Source of the DNA: Candidatus Bathyarchaeota archaeon
GTDB lineage: Archaea > Thermoproteota > Bathyarchaeia > TCS64
Assembly (NCBI GenBank): GCA_963780545.1
Contig: CAWACK010000016.1
Span: 92,149 to 156,148, forward strand
Length of the DNA stretch: 64,000 nt
Direction of reading: 5' to 3'
Shown: in pieces, positions 40,027 through 49,253 of the stretch
How positions within the stretch are numbered: the stretch's first letter is position 1
How the letters are laid out: every line of letters starts with the position of its first letter
The notes under the pieces: generated by a model
Databases searched by the model: none
The model's input: the letters and a program-made list of their open reading frames with translations, nothing else
What the model was told of the DNA's origin: nothing
Made by a program: the position numbers and the translations under genes

Positions 40027-40572
40027 ATGAACAGCGATGAAATGAGTTCGGAGGATGTGCTCAAGGTAGCCAGGGATGCCTTCATAAAAAGGAAACTGAG
40101 TGACGTAATCGTTGCCTCGACGAGAGGCGAGACGGGTTTGGCTGCAGCCCGCATCTTCAAGGGCGCCAATGCGAACTTAGTTGTGGTGGGCCATTCTGTT
40201 GGCTTCAAGGAGCCTAACCTGAACTCCTTTAGTCAGGATGCTAGGAGGGAGATTGAGGCGCTGGGTGGGAAGGTACTCCAGAGCACGATGCCTTTTCACT
40301 CCATCAACGACGCTATCCGGGTGAAATCGGGGACCTCTATCGAGACGCTGATTGCTGACACTCTCCGCATGTTGGGTCAAGGAACGAAGGTTTGTGTTGA
40401 GATCGTTTCGATGGCCTGCGATAATGGTCTTTTAGAGAGTGGGAGGAATGTACTCTCGATTGCCGGCACTGGACAGGGTGCTGACACCGTTTTGGTCCTT
40501 AGATCCGCAAATAGTAAACGACTTTTCGACATACGGGTTATTGAGATCATAGTGAAACCCGAGAAAATATGA
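40027..40572 (+). CDS. Stand-alone pyruvate-kinase C-terminal (alpha/beta) domain-like protein (COG1751-like)
   Basis: ...VIVASTRGETGLAAARIFKGANANLVVVGHSVG... and ...GQGADTVLVL... parallel the PK C-terminal domain (...ivv.T.sG.tA..vsk.RP..pIia.T). This call is tentative. Confidence 0.4.
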   Translation: MNSDEMSSEDVLKVARDAFIKRKLSDVIVASTRGETGLAAARIFKGANANLVVVGHSVGFKEPNLNSFSQDARREIEALGGKVLQSTMPFHSINDAIRVKSGTSIETLIADTLRMLGQGTKVCVEIVSMACDNGLLESGRNVLSIAGTGQGADTVLVLRSANSKRLFDIRVIEIIVKPEKI

Positions 40573-40874
40573 AACGGTTCGCATTCGCTGTCTTAAGCTT
40601 CGTCTCAGTATAAGTGGTTTTGTTGTTTTCGGTCATTTAAGTCACGACTCTTGATGGGTCTGGGCTTTTATCCCATTTTATGCTAGGAATATTCCGATTG
40701 TGATGCTGATTATTAATAGGAGATAATTAGTGGCATCAACCTGAGGCTCCTCAGGCACCCGCGCTTGCGAAGATGGTAAGTTTATTAAAGGCATCATAGC
40801 TGTTTTGTTAAAGCGATTCGCGCGCGACTACTTCGTAGAGTATGCGTTCACGGCGCTGTGAACAGGGTGTAAAG

Positions 40875-41942
40875 ATGTCTCAACCTAGTGTACCAGGGAA
40901 AATCATAGGTGTCTTAACAGGCGGAGGAGACGCTCCGGGCTTAAACGCTGTGATTCGAGGAATAACCCTCGGCGCTCATTCACTCAACTACGATGTGATC
41001 GGGTTTAGGAATGGCTGGGCTGGTCTCCTTGGTGTGGGAGATGCTCTTCCACTTAATCCGAGGGGGTCGAGGGTATCCATATGATAGGTGGGACGATCCT
41101 CGGGACCTCTAGGACTAACCCATACAAACATCAGAACGGGATACATGAGTTGAGTCAGTAATTTGAGGAAGCATCACGTAGATCACTTGATCGCGATCGG
41201 GGGAGAGGACACGTTGAGCGTTGCCAAGAACCTGGTCTCGGAAGGCGTAGATGTTGTTGGTGTACCCAAGACGATCGATAATGATGTAAATTGTACAGAC
41301 TATACGGTTGGCTTCGACTCTGCACTTAATGTTGCTGCCGAGGCTATATCGAGGGTACACACGACTGCGAGTAGTCATAGGAGAACCATGATCGTTGAGG
41401 TGATGGGGAGGCACGCCGGCTGGTTAACCTTGTACGCAGGAATTGCTGGTGGGGCACATGTGATTCTTGTTCCAGAGCGGTCGTTTGATCTCGATGAGGT
41501 TTGCAGCGTTGTAAGTGAGAGAAAGGATATGGGGCTCGAATACACCATCATCGCTTGCAGTGAGGGGGCGACGACAAGAGACGGTGAGTTGATTCTGAGG
41601 AATGGGCAGGTGGATGAGTTCAACCATGTGCAGCTGGGTGGAATTGCTGAGCAACTCGCCCCACTGATAGAGAAGAGGACGGGTGTGGAGTGCAAGAGCG
41701 TTACGCTTGGTTACCTTCAGAGGTCGGGGCCCCCGTCTGCGTTCGATCGGGTGCTGGGGACGAGATTTGGTTTTTCGGCTATCGAGGCTGTCGATAGGGG
41801 GGAATTCGGCAAGATGGTCGCCCTCAAGGGCACGGAGATAGTCACCGTGGGGTTGGATGAAGCGCTCGCAAGCCTGAAAACTGTCCCAGAAAACATGATA
41901 GATGATTTTGAACGATACTTAAGGATGGATCAACTAGGGTGA
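40875..41942 (+). pseudogene. pfkA: 6-phosphofructokinase (PfkA family) with two compensating frameshifts (~41062-41066 and ~41150-41156); ORFs 40842-41084 and 41163-41942 share frame 3
   Basis: The N-terminus KIIGVLTGGGDAPGLNAVIRG is the ATP/PPi-PFK signature. The substrate motif ...VEGIHMIGGTILGTSRTNP... is readable only in frame 2, between 41069 and 41158. Downstream motifs are ...LIAIGGEDT...VGVPKTIDNDV...MGRHAGWL.... Confidence 0.6.
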
Positions 41943-41951
41943 TATGAATCG

Positions 41952-42893
41952 ATGTTTGTGACGACTAGGCGTCTTCTCGAAGAGGCGATTAGGGGAGGAT
42001 TCGCTGTTGGTGCCTTCAATATTAACAACATGGAGCTCGTGCAGGGCATAGTTTCAGCGGCTAAGGAGCTCGAATCCCCACTCATACTCCAGGTTAGCCG
42101 AGGTGCCCGTGAGTATGCTGGGAGGAGGTACATCATGAAGCTCGCTGAGGCGGCAGAGGGTGAGTCGGGTCTACCCATTGCTGTTCACTTAGATCATGGA
42201 GACAGCTTCGAGCTCTGTAAATCAGTGATCGACGATGGCTTTACCTCCGTGATGATCGATGGCAGCCACCTGCCATTCGAGGAAAATATTGAGATCACTA
42301 AAAGGGTTGTAGACTATGCGCATGATAGGAGAGTCTCAGTCGAGGCGGAGCTTGGAAGGCTAGTCGGGGAGCAGCGTGATGCTGGTGAGGGGGGTGAGGT
42401 GTCGAGGGAGGCTGCCTATACCGACCCTGAGGAGGCGAAGATGTTCGTTGAGAGGACCTCCTGCGACTCCCTGGCGGTCGCAATAGGCACATCGCATGGT
42501 GCTTACAAGTTCAAGGGTGAACCTAGGCTTGATTTTGATAGGCTTACGCAGATCAGGAGACTTGTTCGTGTGCCGTTGGTTCTTCACGGCGCTTCCTCTG
42601 TTCTGCCCGAGTATGTTGAATTGTGTAATAGGTTTGGTGCAAGCATTAAGGGTTCCAGCGGTGTACCCGAGGATCAGATTAGGGAGGCTGTCAGGATCGG
42701 TGTGCAGAAGGTGAATATAGATACCGACCTCAGGATCGCGATGACCGCGGGTGTTAGGAGGGCCTTGTTCGAAAACCCAGGTGAGTTTGACCCACGCAAG
42801 ATCATCGGCCCGGGTAGGGCTCTTGTTAAGGAGGTTGTTATGGGTAAGATTAAGATCCTGGGCAGTGAGGGTAAGACGAAGCTCTTCGCTTGA
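41952..42893 (+). CDS. fbaA: Class II fructose-bisphosphate aldolase (FbaA/tagatose-bisphosphate aldolase family)
   Basis: ...GAFNINNMELVQGIV..., ...PIAVHLDHGDSFELCKSVIDDGFTSVMIDGSHLPFEENI... and ...LHGASSV... are class II Zn-aldolase motifs. Confidence 0.9.
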   Translation: MFVTTRRLLEEAIRGGFAVGAFNINNMELVQGIVSAAKELESPLILQVSRGAREYAGRRYIMKLAEAAEGESGLPIAVHLDHGDSFELCKSVIDDGFTSVMIDGSHLPFEENIEITKRVVDYAHDRRVSVEAELGRLVGEQRDAGEGGEVSREAAYTDPEEAKMFVERTSCDSLAVAIGTSHGAYKFKGEPRLDFDRLTQIRRLVRVPLVLHGASSVLPEYVELCNRFGASIKGSSGVPEDQIREAVRIGVQKVNIDTDLRIAMTAGVRRALFENPGEFDPRKIIGPGRALVKEVVMGKIKILGSEGKTKLFA

Positions 42894-42914
42894 TTTGCTA
42901 GAGAGTTGAGATTG

Positions 42915-42940
42915 AGGGGTCTCTTCGACCCCTGGTTTTC
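42915..42940 (+). terminator. Stem-loop (AGGGGTC-tcttc-GACCCCT) followed by GGTTTT downstream of fbaA
   Basis: A 7-bp perfect stem with a 5-nt loop precedes a T-rich tail, 22 nt after the fbaA stop. Confidence 0.4.
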
Positions 42941-43149
42941 TAACGGAGGGCTATGGGAATACTAGTCCTCAAATTTTGAAACCGATCGTAATATAAAAAT
43001 AGACTCAATTTTTAATATTATTTTCTAAATCGATTATGTTCATTCTCGAGATGGAGTTCTCAAATTCAATTCGTATACGCTTTGACATCCCGAGCAAGTA
43101 ATGGTTAAGAAATATATAGATATTAAATTATTGCTATTAATGTTGGATT

Positions 43150-44205
43150 ATGCATAAAGAAGCTTATCATAGACTGGCTCACGCGCTGGATAAGTTACCT
43201 AATGGTTTCCCACGGACAAAATCTGGAGTAGAAATCGAGATACTGAGACACATATTCAAACCCGATGAGGCCGAGATTTTATCCCTTCTAACTAGAGACA
43301 TGCAGTCCTGCAGCGAGGTAGCCCTCAAGGCGAAGCTTGATGAAAAAGATGTCGAGCAGCAACTATCCAATTTGGCTAAGAGGGGATTAATTTGGAGTGG
43401 TGTCATGAATTGTAAACCACTTTACAGACTCGCACCTTGGATAGTCGGGGTTTACGAGTCACAAGTTGGGTCGATGGACCACGAGTTCGCACATTTGGTG
43501 GAGGAGTACTTCCAGGAGGGTGGCTTGGAGGAAATTATGAAGCCTCTGCCCTCCATTCACAGGGTGGTTCCAGCCCAGAGCGCTGTCAAGTCGGAGTGGA
43601 TCCTACCATTCGACGACGTTAAGGCTGTAATCGAATCGAGTAAAACATTTAGTGTCACAGATTGTATCTGCAGGAAGCAGCAGGACCTATTAGGCAACAG
43701 GAAATGCGACTTTCCTCTTGACGTCTGTATGGGGTTCTCGAAGTATGAACGCCCACCCCGTAAGGGGGATATTTCCAAGGAGGACGCTCTTGCCCTGCTA
43801 GACAAGGCTGAGAAGATTGGGCTGGTTCACACCGTAAGCAACGTGATGGAGGGACTAACCTACATGTGTAATTGCTGTGGCTGTTGCTGTGGCATCCTAA
43901 GGGGTGTCACCGAGTTTGGCGTAAAGAACTCGGTAGCAGTGGCCAACTACTTTGCATACATAGATCCTGATACCTGCATCGGGTGTGGGTTATGCGCGAA
44001 GAGGTGTCAGGTCAAGGCAATCCAGCTTCGGGAGAATGTTGCTGTAGTTGACTTGGAGAAGTGCATAGGGTGTGGATTATGTGCAACGGGGTGTCCAGTG
44101 GGTGCTGCGAAGCTCCAGCTGAAGCCTGAGGATAAGATTGTTGATCCTCCAAAGGATTTTCGTGTTTGGGAGGATAAGCGATTACGGAATAGAGAAATTC
44201 CATAA
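43150..44205 (+). CDS. Cys-rich Fe-S protein: N-terminal winged-helix-like region, C-x-C-R-K...C...C module, unusual CNCCGCCCG motif, then two CxxCxxCxxxCP ferredoxin motifs
   Basis: The modules are ...DCICRKQQDLLGNRKCDFPLDVCMGF..., ...YMCNCCGCCCGILRGVTEFG..., ...CIGCGLCAKRCQV... and ...CIGCGLCATGCPV.... A paralog lies at 62274-62963. Confidence 0.6.
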   Translation: MHKEAYHRLAHALDKLPNGFPRTKSGVEIEILRHIFKPDEAEILSLLTRDMQSCSEVALKAKLDEKDVEQQLSNLAKRGLIWSGVMNCKPLYRLAPWIVGVYESQVGSMDHEFAHLVEEYFQEGGLEEIMKPLPSIHRVVPAQSAVKSEWILPFDDVKAVIESSKTFSVTDCICRKQQDLLGNRKCDFPLDVCMGFSKYERPPRKGDISKEDALALLDKAEKIGLVHTVSNVMEGLTYMCNCCGCCCGILRGVTEFGVKNSVAVANYFAYIDPDTCIGCGLCAKRCQVKAIQLRENVAVVDLEKCIGCGLCATGCPVGAAKLQLKPEDKIVDPPKDFRVWEDKRLRNREIP

Positions 44206-44283
44206 AATTTTCTCGTTATAATTCAAGCTATTCCTTTAGTTTATGGTTAAGAGCCACATGGAGTTTATGCCTCTCGTGAGCTT

Positions 44284-44532
44284 GTGTGCTTATGCTTTAA
44301 TAGAACAATTCATATTCACACTGTCAAAGCGGGATTAAATTGGATATCCCCCAAAAGTTGTATCGATCGAAAAAGAGGTTGGCTCGGTGGTGTCTGTGGT
44401 GGGATTGGTGAATATCTTAACTTGGACCCCACCATCATTAGGGTGATTTGGGGCGTCTTTTCGTTGGCATTCGGCATTGGTATAGTGGCTTACATAATAG
44501 CCTGGCTCTTGATTCCTAAAAGTCCAAACTGA
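44284..44532 (+). CDS. PspC-domain membrane protein
   Basis: ...RKRGWLGGVCGGIGEYLNLDPTIIRVIWGVFSLAFGIGIVAYIIAWLLIP fits the PspC domain consensus plus a TM helix. It uses a GTG start. Confidence 0.6.
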   Translation: MCLCFNRTIHIHTVKAGLNWISPKSCIDRKRGWLGGVCGGIGEYLNLDPTIIRVIWGVFSLAFGIGIVAYIIAWLLIPKSPN

Positions 44533-44663
44533 TTATTAAAAGCTTGAATTTTCGTGCTAGAGGTTGTCCGAACAGTCGCAGAATGCACGCATGTATACCA
44601 TAGTTTGGTTTTCTTTTATGTGAAGAGCATTCAATTATGAAATAATAGTAACCGATCTAATAT

Positions 44664-45155
44664 ATGATGAAGTTCAATAATGATCCCCATTTCGTTGGTT
44701 ATAAGATATTAAAGACTAGACAGAGGGAACAGTTAGAATCCTTCGAGGTATGGGCTTTCAATAACCGGTGGATTAGCTTTCATGTCAACCACTACGACTG
44801 GTGGATGTTCCCAATCGATGAGCCGAGCAGATACGATTACGCTTGGACTGTGTACGAAGGCGATGTAGCTGAGCTCGTGAAGGATGAAATATACATCCGT
44901 AATTATCTGCGCGGAGCCGAGTTACTCGCCCTCTCATGGGGGTGGGACCTGTATAAAGGGAAACAGATCGTTGGCCCCGATAGGGATCAGGTCTGGCAGG
45001 ATTGGCCAATTAGGCTATACAAGGCGTCAAAGTCGCTGAGGCTGTTTGGTTTCGACCTCCTCTTTGAGTCGATGAGGACCTATGCGAGGAACTTGATTGA
45101 GAATGGTGAAAGCATGGAGTATAACGGGAGGGACCTCGGCATCCTATTCCAATGA
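44664..45155 (+). CDS. Hypothetical protein, possibly OGFr-N-like conserved domain family
   Basis: ...HVNHYDWWMFPIDEPSRYDYAW... resembles the H-x-Y-I-Q-W-x-F-P core of the OGFr_N-like family. This is a tentative call. Confidence 0.35.
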   Translation: MMKFNNDPHFVGYKILKTRQREQLESFEVWAFNNRWISFHVNHYDWWMFPIDEPSRYDYAWTVYEGDVAELVKDEIYIRNYLRGAELLALSWGWDLYKGKQIVGPDRDQVWQDWPIRLYKASKSLRLFGFDLLFESMRTYARNLIENGESMEYNGRDLGILFQ

Positions 45156-45266
45156 GGTTAATCACGTGAATTAGTTTGTTTATAAGTCTAATAATTTTTG
45201 AATGCATGACAAATGAAAGATAAACAGATTTCTTAAAAGGTGAAAAATTAGTCGCATGAATGGTGC

Positions 45267-45497
45267 TCAGGGGTAAAGAGTCTGTGCTTGTGCCCTTCTC
45301 ACGATTATTAGTGGTCTGTCCTCTATGCCTTTTAGATACTTCTCGTCGGCTACCACCTCTAACTCCAGCTCTTCACTCCTTAGGAAGTTCTTGACCTTCG
45401 GGTCGATTGACCATGGTGGTACTTTAGCGTTTAATGTTGATACTGCGCGTGTTTTTCTCATTACCATCAATAAAACTTGCAACTGACCTATCTTCAT
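45267..45497 (-). CDS. Hypothetical small protein
   Basis: 76-aa ORF with no recognised motif. Confidence 0.25.
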   Translation of the reverse strand: MKIGQLQVLLMVMRKTRAVSTLNAKVPPWSIDPKVKNFLRSEELELEVVADEKYLKGIEDRPLIIVRRAQAQTLYP

Positions 45498-45585
45498 GTG
45501 TATGTTTCACGGGGGATACAAATACCATATTAATCAGCTGACCCTTGGTCGAGTAGTATGGTTGCGCATACGAATGGAAGAGGTT

Positions 45586-46518
45586 TTAGGGGAAGTAGTC
45601 GATCTTTACTTCTCTAGCCACCATATCTAACTCATTTTGCTCCTCTCTGGTGAGTTGTATATCGGCTGAATGCGCGTTCTCTTCGGCCTGAGCCGCGTTC
45701 TTCGCTCCGGGTATTGGTATAACGATGGGGTTCGAGGCGAGCCAACTGAGAGCCACCTGTGCATTCGTTTTTGAGTGTCTTCGGGCAATCTCCGCAAGGT
45801 GGGAGTTTAGCCTCTCCACCTGATCGATGTTCCTGGGTGAGAAGAGGCGGTTGGATCCCCTGGGATCGCCACTTGGGACGGCGTCTCTTCTGTACTTACC
45901 CGTTAAAGCGCCCTGCGCTAGTGGGCTCCAGGCCATTATCGAGATTCCCTCCCTCTTACAGTAGGGAAGCACCTCCTCCTCTATGTTCCTCTGAAGCATG
46001 TTGTATCTCACCTGGTTGGAGACGATGTCGGTTCTAGATAGGTATGAGCGGGCCTCCTCTAGGTCCCTGACAGCGAAGTTGCTGACTCCTATCGCCCTGA
46101 TTCTCCCCTCCATGTAGAGCTTCTCGAGCGCCCTCATCGTCTCCCTTAGGGGGATCTGCTCCCACGGGTCCGGCCAGTGGACTTGATAGAGATCGATCTC
46201 CTTTACACCGAGCCTTGAGGCACTCGCTAGGCATGCTCTCTGAAGTTCATCGTATCTTAGGTGTGCGTCTTTCACTTTTGTTGCTATCACGAACTCGTCG
46301 CGTCCTATCTCCTTCACCGCACGGCCGAGAACCTCCTCGCTATGTCCGTTTCCATAGGCCTCAGCCGTGTCGACGAGGTTTACGCCTAGCTCGTGGGATC
46401 GCTGTATTGCCTTGGTGATGGCTTCATCGTCGCCCTTCCACTCTGCGCTTGCCTGCCAGACACCTAACCCGATTTTAGAGACCTTGATATCGCTTTTTCC
46501 GAGAAACATGTTGTCCAT
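45586..46518 (-). CDS. Aldo/keto reductase
   Basis: ...LVDTAEAYGNGHSEEVLG..., ...IATKV..., ...IGVSNF... and ...IPIPGAKNAAQAEEN... are AKR family signatures. Confidence 0.85.
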   Translation of the reverse strand: MDNMFLGKSDIKVSKIGLGVWQASAEWKGDDEAITKAIQRSHELGVNLVDTAEAYGNGHSEEVLGRAVKEIGRDEFVIATKVKDAHLRYDELQRACLASASRLGVKEIDLYQVHWPDPWEQIPLRETMRALEKLYMEGRIRAIGVSNFAVRDLEEARSYLSRTDIVSNQVRYNMLQRNIEEEVLPYCKREGISIMAWSPLAQGALTGKYRRDAVPSGDPRGSNRLFSPRNIDQVERLNSHLAEIARRHSKTNAQVALSWLASNPIVIPIPGAKNAAQAEENAHSADIQLTREEQNELDMVAREVKIDYFP

Positions 46519-46615
46519 AATTCAGATTGTGCACGCGAATCATTAAATATGATGTAGACGAGCCAGTCGATGACTCTTTATTATCTCGCGAGAGTCATCG
46601 ATCGAGGCTGAATAG

Positions 46616-47518
46616 TTGAAACCTAACTGGCACGGGATGGTTCCCGCTTTGAGCACAGCGACAGATGAAAGAGGAGACTTCGACGAGGAGAGCCAGAGGA
46701 GGCAGGTTAGGAAGAACATAGAGTGGGGTGCACACGGGCTAGCCCCCAGCATAATGGCAGGGGAATTCTACAAGTTCACGGATGAGGAACGCATCAAGTG
46801 CATCGAAGCTGTAATCGACGAGGCAGACGGCAAGGTTCCCGTCATCGCAGGAGTCAGCCACAGCGGCACCGAGCCTGCTGTCAGACTCGCCCTCAAAGCA
46901 AAGGACCTCGGAGCAGACGGCATCATAGTCATGGCACCATACTTCGGCAGGGGCGTGAAGCGGGGCGTCCTACAGAGGCACATCGGCGCCATAGCCCGCA
47001 GATGCGACCTACCAATCATGATCCAGGACGCGGAAGATGTTGTCGGCACCCACATGTGTACAACCCTATACATGGACCTCGCTGAAGAGTACAGCAACAT
47101 TATATCCGTTAAGGTTGAGGGCGCCAACACGCTGGAGAAGATCAGGGACATCAACCGCCTAATGGGGGACAGGCTCATCGTCTTCGGAGGCGAGGCCGCC
47201 AGAACAGTCTTCGAGGAGATGGAGCTGGGCGCAGCGGGAAACATCCCCGACGCCTGCTTAACCGACCTGCTCGTCTCAGTCTACGAGAATATCCGCGCCA
47301 AGAGGATGAATGAGGCTCGCAGCGTCTTCACCCGCTACAAGGTCTGGCTCGACTTCCTCAGCGCCAACAGCTACGCGGCCGCGGAGATTGAGAAGGAGAC
47401 GCTCAGACTCAGAGGGATGCTAAAGAGCTCCAACACGCGGGGGCCCAACCAGCCCCTCGGAGACGCTGAGAAGGGGAGGCTGAAGGAGCTTCTCAAGGGT
47501 ATAGGTGTAACTTTCTGA
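46616..47518 (+). CDS. DapA-family aldolase (dihydrodipicolinate synthase / 2-keto-3-deoxy-sugar-acid aldolase-like)
   Basis: ...GLAPSIMAGEFYKFTDEERIKCIEAVIDEADGKVPVIAGVSHSGTEPAVRLALKAKDLGADGIIVMAPYF... fits the DapA/KDG-aldolase pattern. The likely start is MVPAL at about 46637. Confidence 0.8.
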   Translation: MKPNWHGMVPALSTATDERGDFDEESQRRQVRKNIEWGAHGLAPSIMAGEFYKFTDEERIKCIEAVIDEADGKVPVIAGVSHSGTEPAVRLALKAKDLGADGIIVMAPYFGRGVKRGVLQRHIGAIARRCDLPIMIQDAEDVVGTHMCTTLYMDLAEEYSNIISVKVEGANTLEKIRDINRLMGDRLIVFGGEAARTVFEEMELGAAGNIPDACLTDLLVSVYENIRAKRMNEARSVFTRYKVWLDFLSANSYAAAEIEKETLRLRGMLKSSNTRGPNQPLGDAEKGRLKELLKGIGVTF

Positions 47519-47698
47519 GCTGCTCCACGGAAACGTAAAGTCAACTTCTCCGCACCACTCCTCTTCGTCTGCACCATGCACTGCACCTGTGCGTTTCTGC
47601 GTCGCGTCTACGGTGTCTACGCCTAAACCATGGTGCATCTGCTTCCTATAGTTAGTAGTGTTGAGAGTGACAACTTGTAAAAGCCACACGCTTCTGCA

Positions 47699-47796
47699 CT
47701 CCGCACAGGTTAACAGAGTTAACATACTTGACAACGGAGTTGACAGAGTTAACACTCAACTTAACAGAGTTAGCTGTCAGATTAACACCTAACTTA
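47699..47796. repeat. Array of four or five imperfect direct repeats, consensus (G/C)TT(A/G)ACAGAGTTA(A/G)C, in a 480-bp non-coding gap between convergent genes
   Basis: Units are gttaacagagttaaca (47699-47714), gttgacagagttaaca (47729-47744), cttaacagagttagc (47750-47764) and cttaacagcttaag (47783-47796), plus a gattaacac partial at about 47770. Confidence 0.45.
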
Positions 47797-47999
47797 ACAG
47801 CTTAAGAGGCACGTATGAAAGAAGAGCGAGAACGGAGAGAATAACGAGAGTTCAACACCACATAGTGTACAATCATGAGAGGCTTCATAGTCCTGTGACT
47901 TGTTTTAGCTTCGGCTTGTGTAGAGATTCTAGATCTAGACATCATTACTATCAACTTATTTAGGCGGCTGCGTACGAATGTACGATTTGTCAATGATTT

Positions 48000-49134
48000 T
48001 TATCGGCTTCTTTTTTCCCATCCATCATCAAACAATCGCATGAAATAATCCTGACCATAGGGATGCTTCAATAACTCGGCTTCATCCAGCTCGACACCCA
48101 GTCCCGGTGCGTCAGAAGCCTCCAGGTAGCCATCCTTCACCTTTGGTACACCATGCATTATCTTTCGCGCCCACGGCACCAGCCAATCATCGAAGCACTC
48201 CTGGATCAAGAAGTTGGGGATGCTGGCGTGGATATGAGCGTTAATGGCCGTATTCAATGGGCTCTGCGCCTGATGCAATGCGATGAAGGCCTCCGATGCT
48301 TCCGCGATGGCACTTACCTTACGAGCGCCAGATACTCCACCTATGTAAAGAGTATCACATTGGACAATATCCACAACACGGTGAGTGAACAAGTTCAGAG
48401 ACTTGTGCCAGGCGGCTGAAACGTTCACCCGTGGCCACAGGTACTGGGATAGCGCGAGCCACCTCCACCGTTGCGGGGATATCGGTGGACATCACCGGCG
48501 TCTCGAACCACAGTGGGTGGAACTCCTCCAGTTTCCGCCCAATCCGGATCGCTGTAGAAACACTGAATCGATCATGCCCCTCGATACACAAGTCCACGTC
48601 ATCACCCACCGCATCCCGTACCGCCCGGATAATCTCCAGCGAAAGCCTTTCCTCCGATGAATCAAGAAAGCGATAAGCCGATCCAAATGGATCAAACTTC
48701 AGCGCAGTGTACCCCATCTCCTTCACCCGCACCGCAGCTTCCGCGAAGAAACCTGGCTCACGAGGGCCCTGATACCAGCCATTAGCGTAAACCCTCAGAC
48801 GGGGACGCTGTTTGCCTCCCAACAACTGCCATAATGGTGCCTTCAAGGTTTTCCCAAGGAGATCCCAGCAGGCTATCTCGATGGCGTTCACGCCTACATT
48901 CGATCCTAGAAAAAGGCCCTTGTACATTTTCTGCCACAGCCACTCAGGCTGAAGAGGATCCTCGCCTATGACAAATCGCTCCAACTCGTGGACTTGTGCC
49001 TCACCTGGTTTCGCACTTAGCCCACTCGTCGCTTCCCCGATTCCACTGATACCCTCATCGGTGAGAACCTTAACGAATACCCAATTCTTCCAAGGGTTAC
49101 CAACCACGAAAGTTTGCAGTTCAGTTATTTTCAT
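48000..49134 (-). pseudogene. Enolase-superfamily (mandelate racemase / sugar-acid dehydratase) gene with a single-nt frameshift near 48405-48410 (ORFs 48355-49134 and 48000-48428)
   Basis: The N-terminal ORF has ...KALKFDPFG... and ...CIEGHDRFS... and ends at ATGERF. The C-terminal ORF continues ...SAAWHKSLNLFTHRVVDIVQCDTLYIGGVSG.... The join GER|SAAW matches the GERLYSRWDF-type region of D-galactonate and mannonate dehydratases. Confidence 0.65.
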
Positions 49135-49253
49135 AGGAATCTAGAGAACTTCGTTTAATGCTTTTAATAATTATGGGTTTGCACGTACTTGACAATAAAT
49201 GGTGCCGATGTGGATATTACCGAACGCACGTGCATGGCTCATTACTTACGAAC

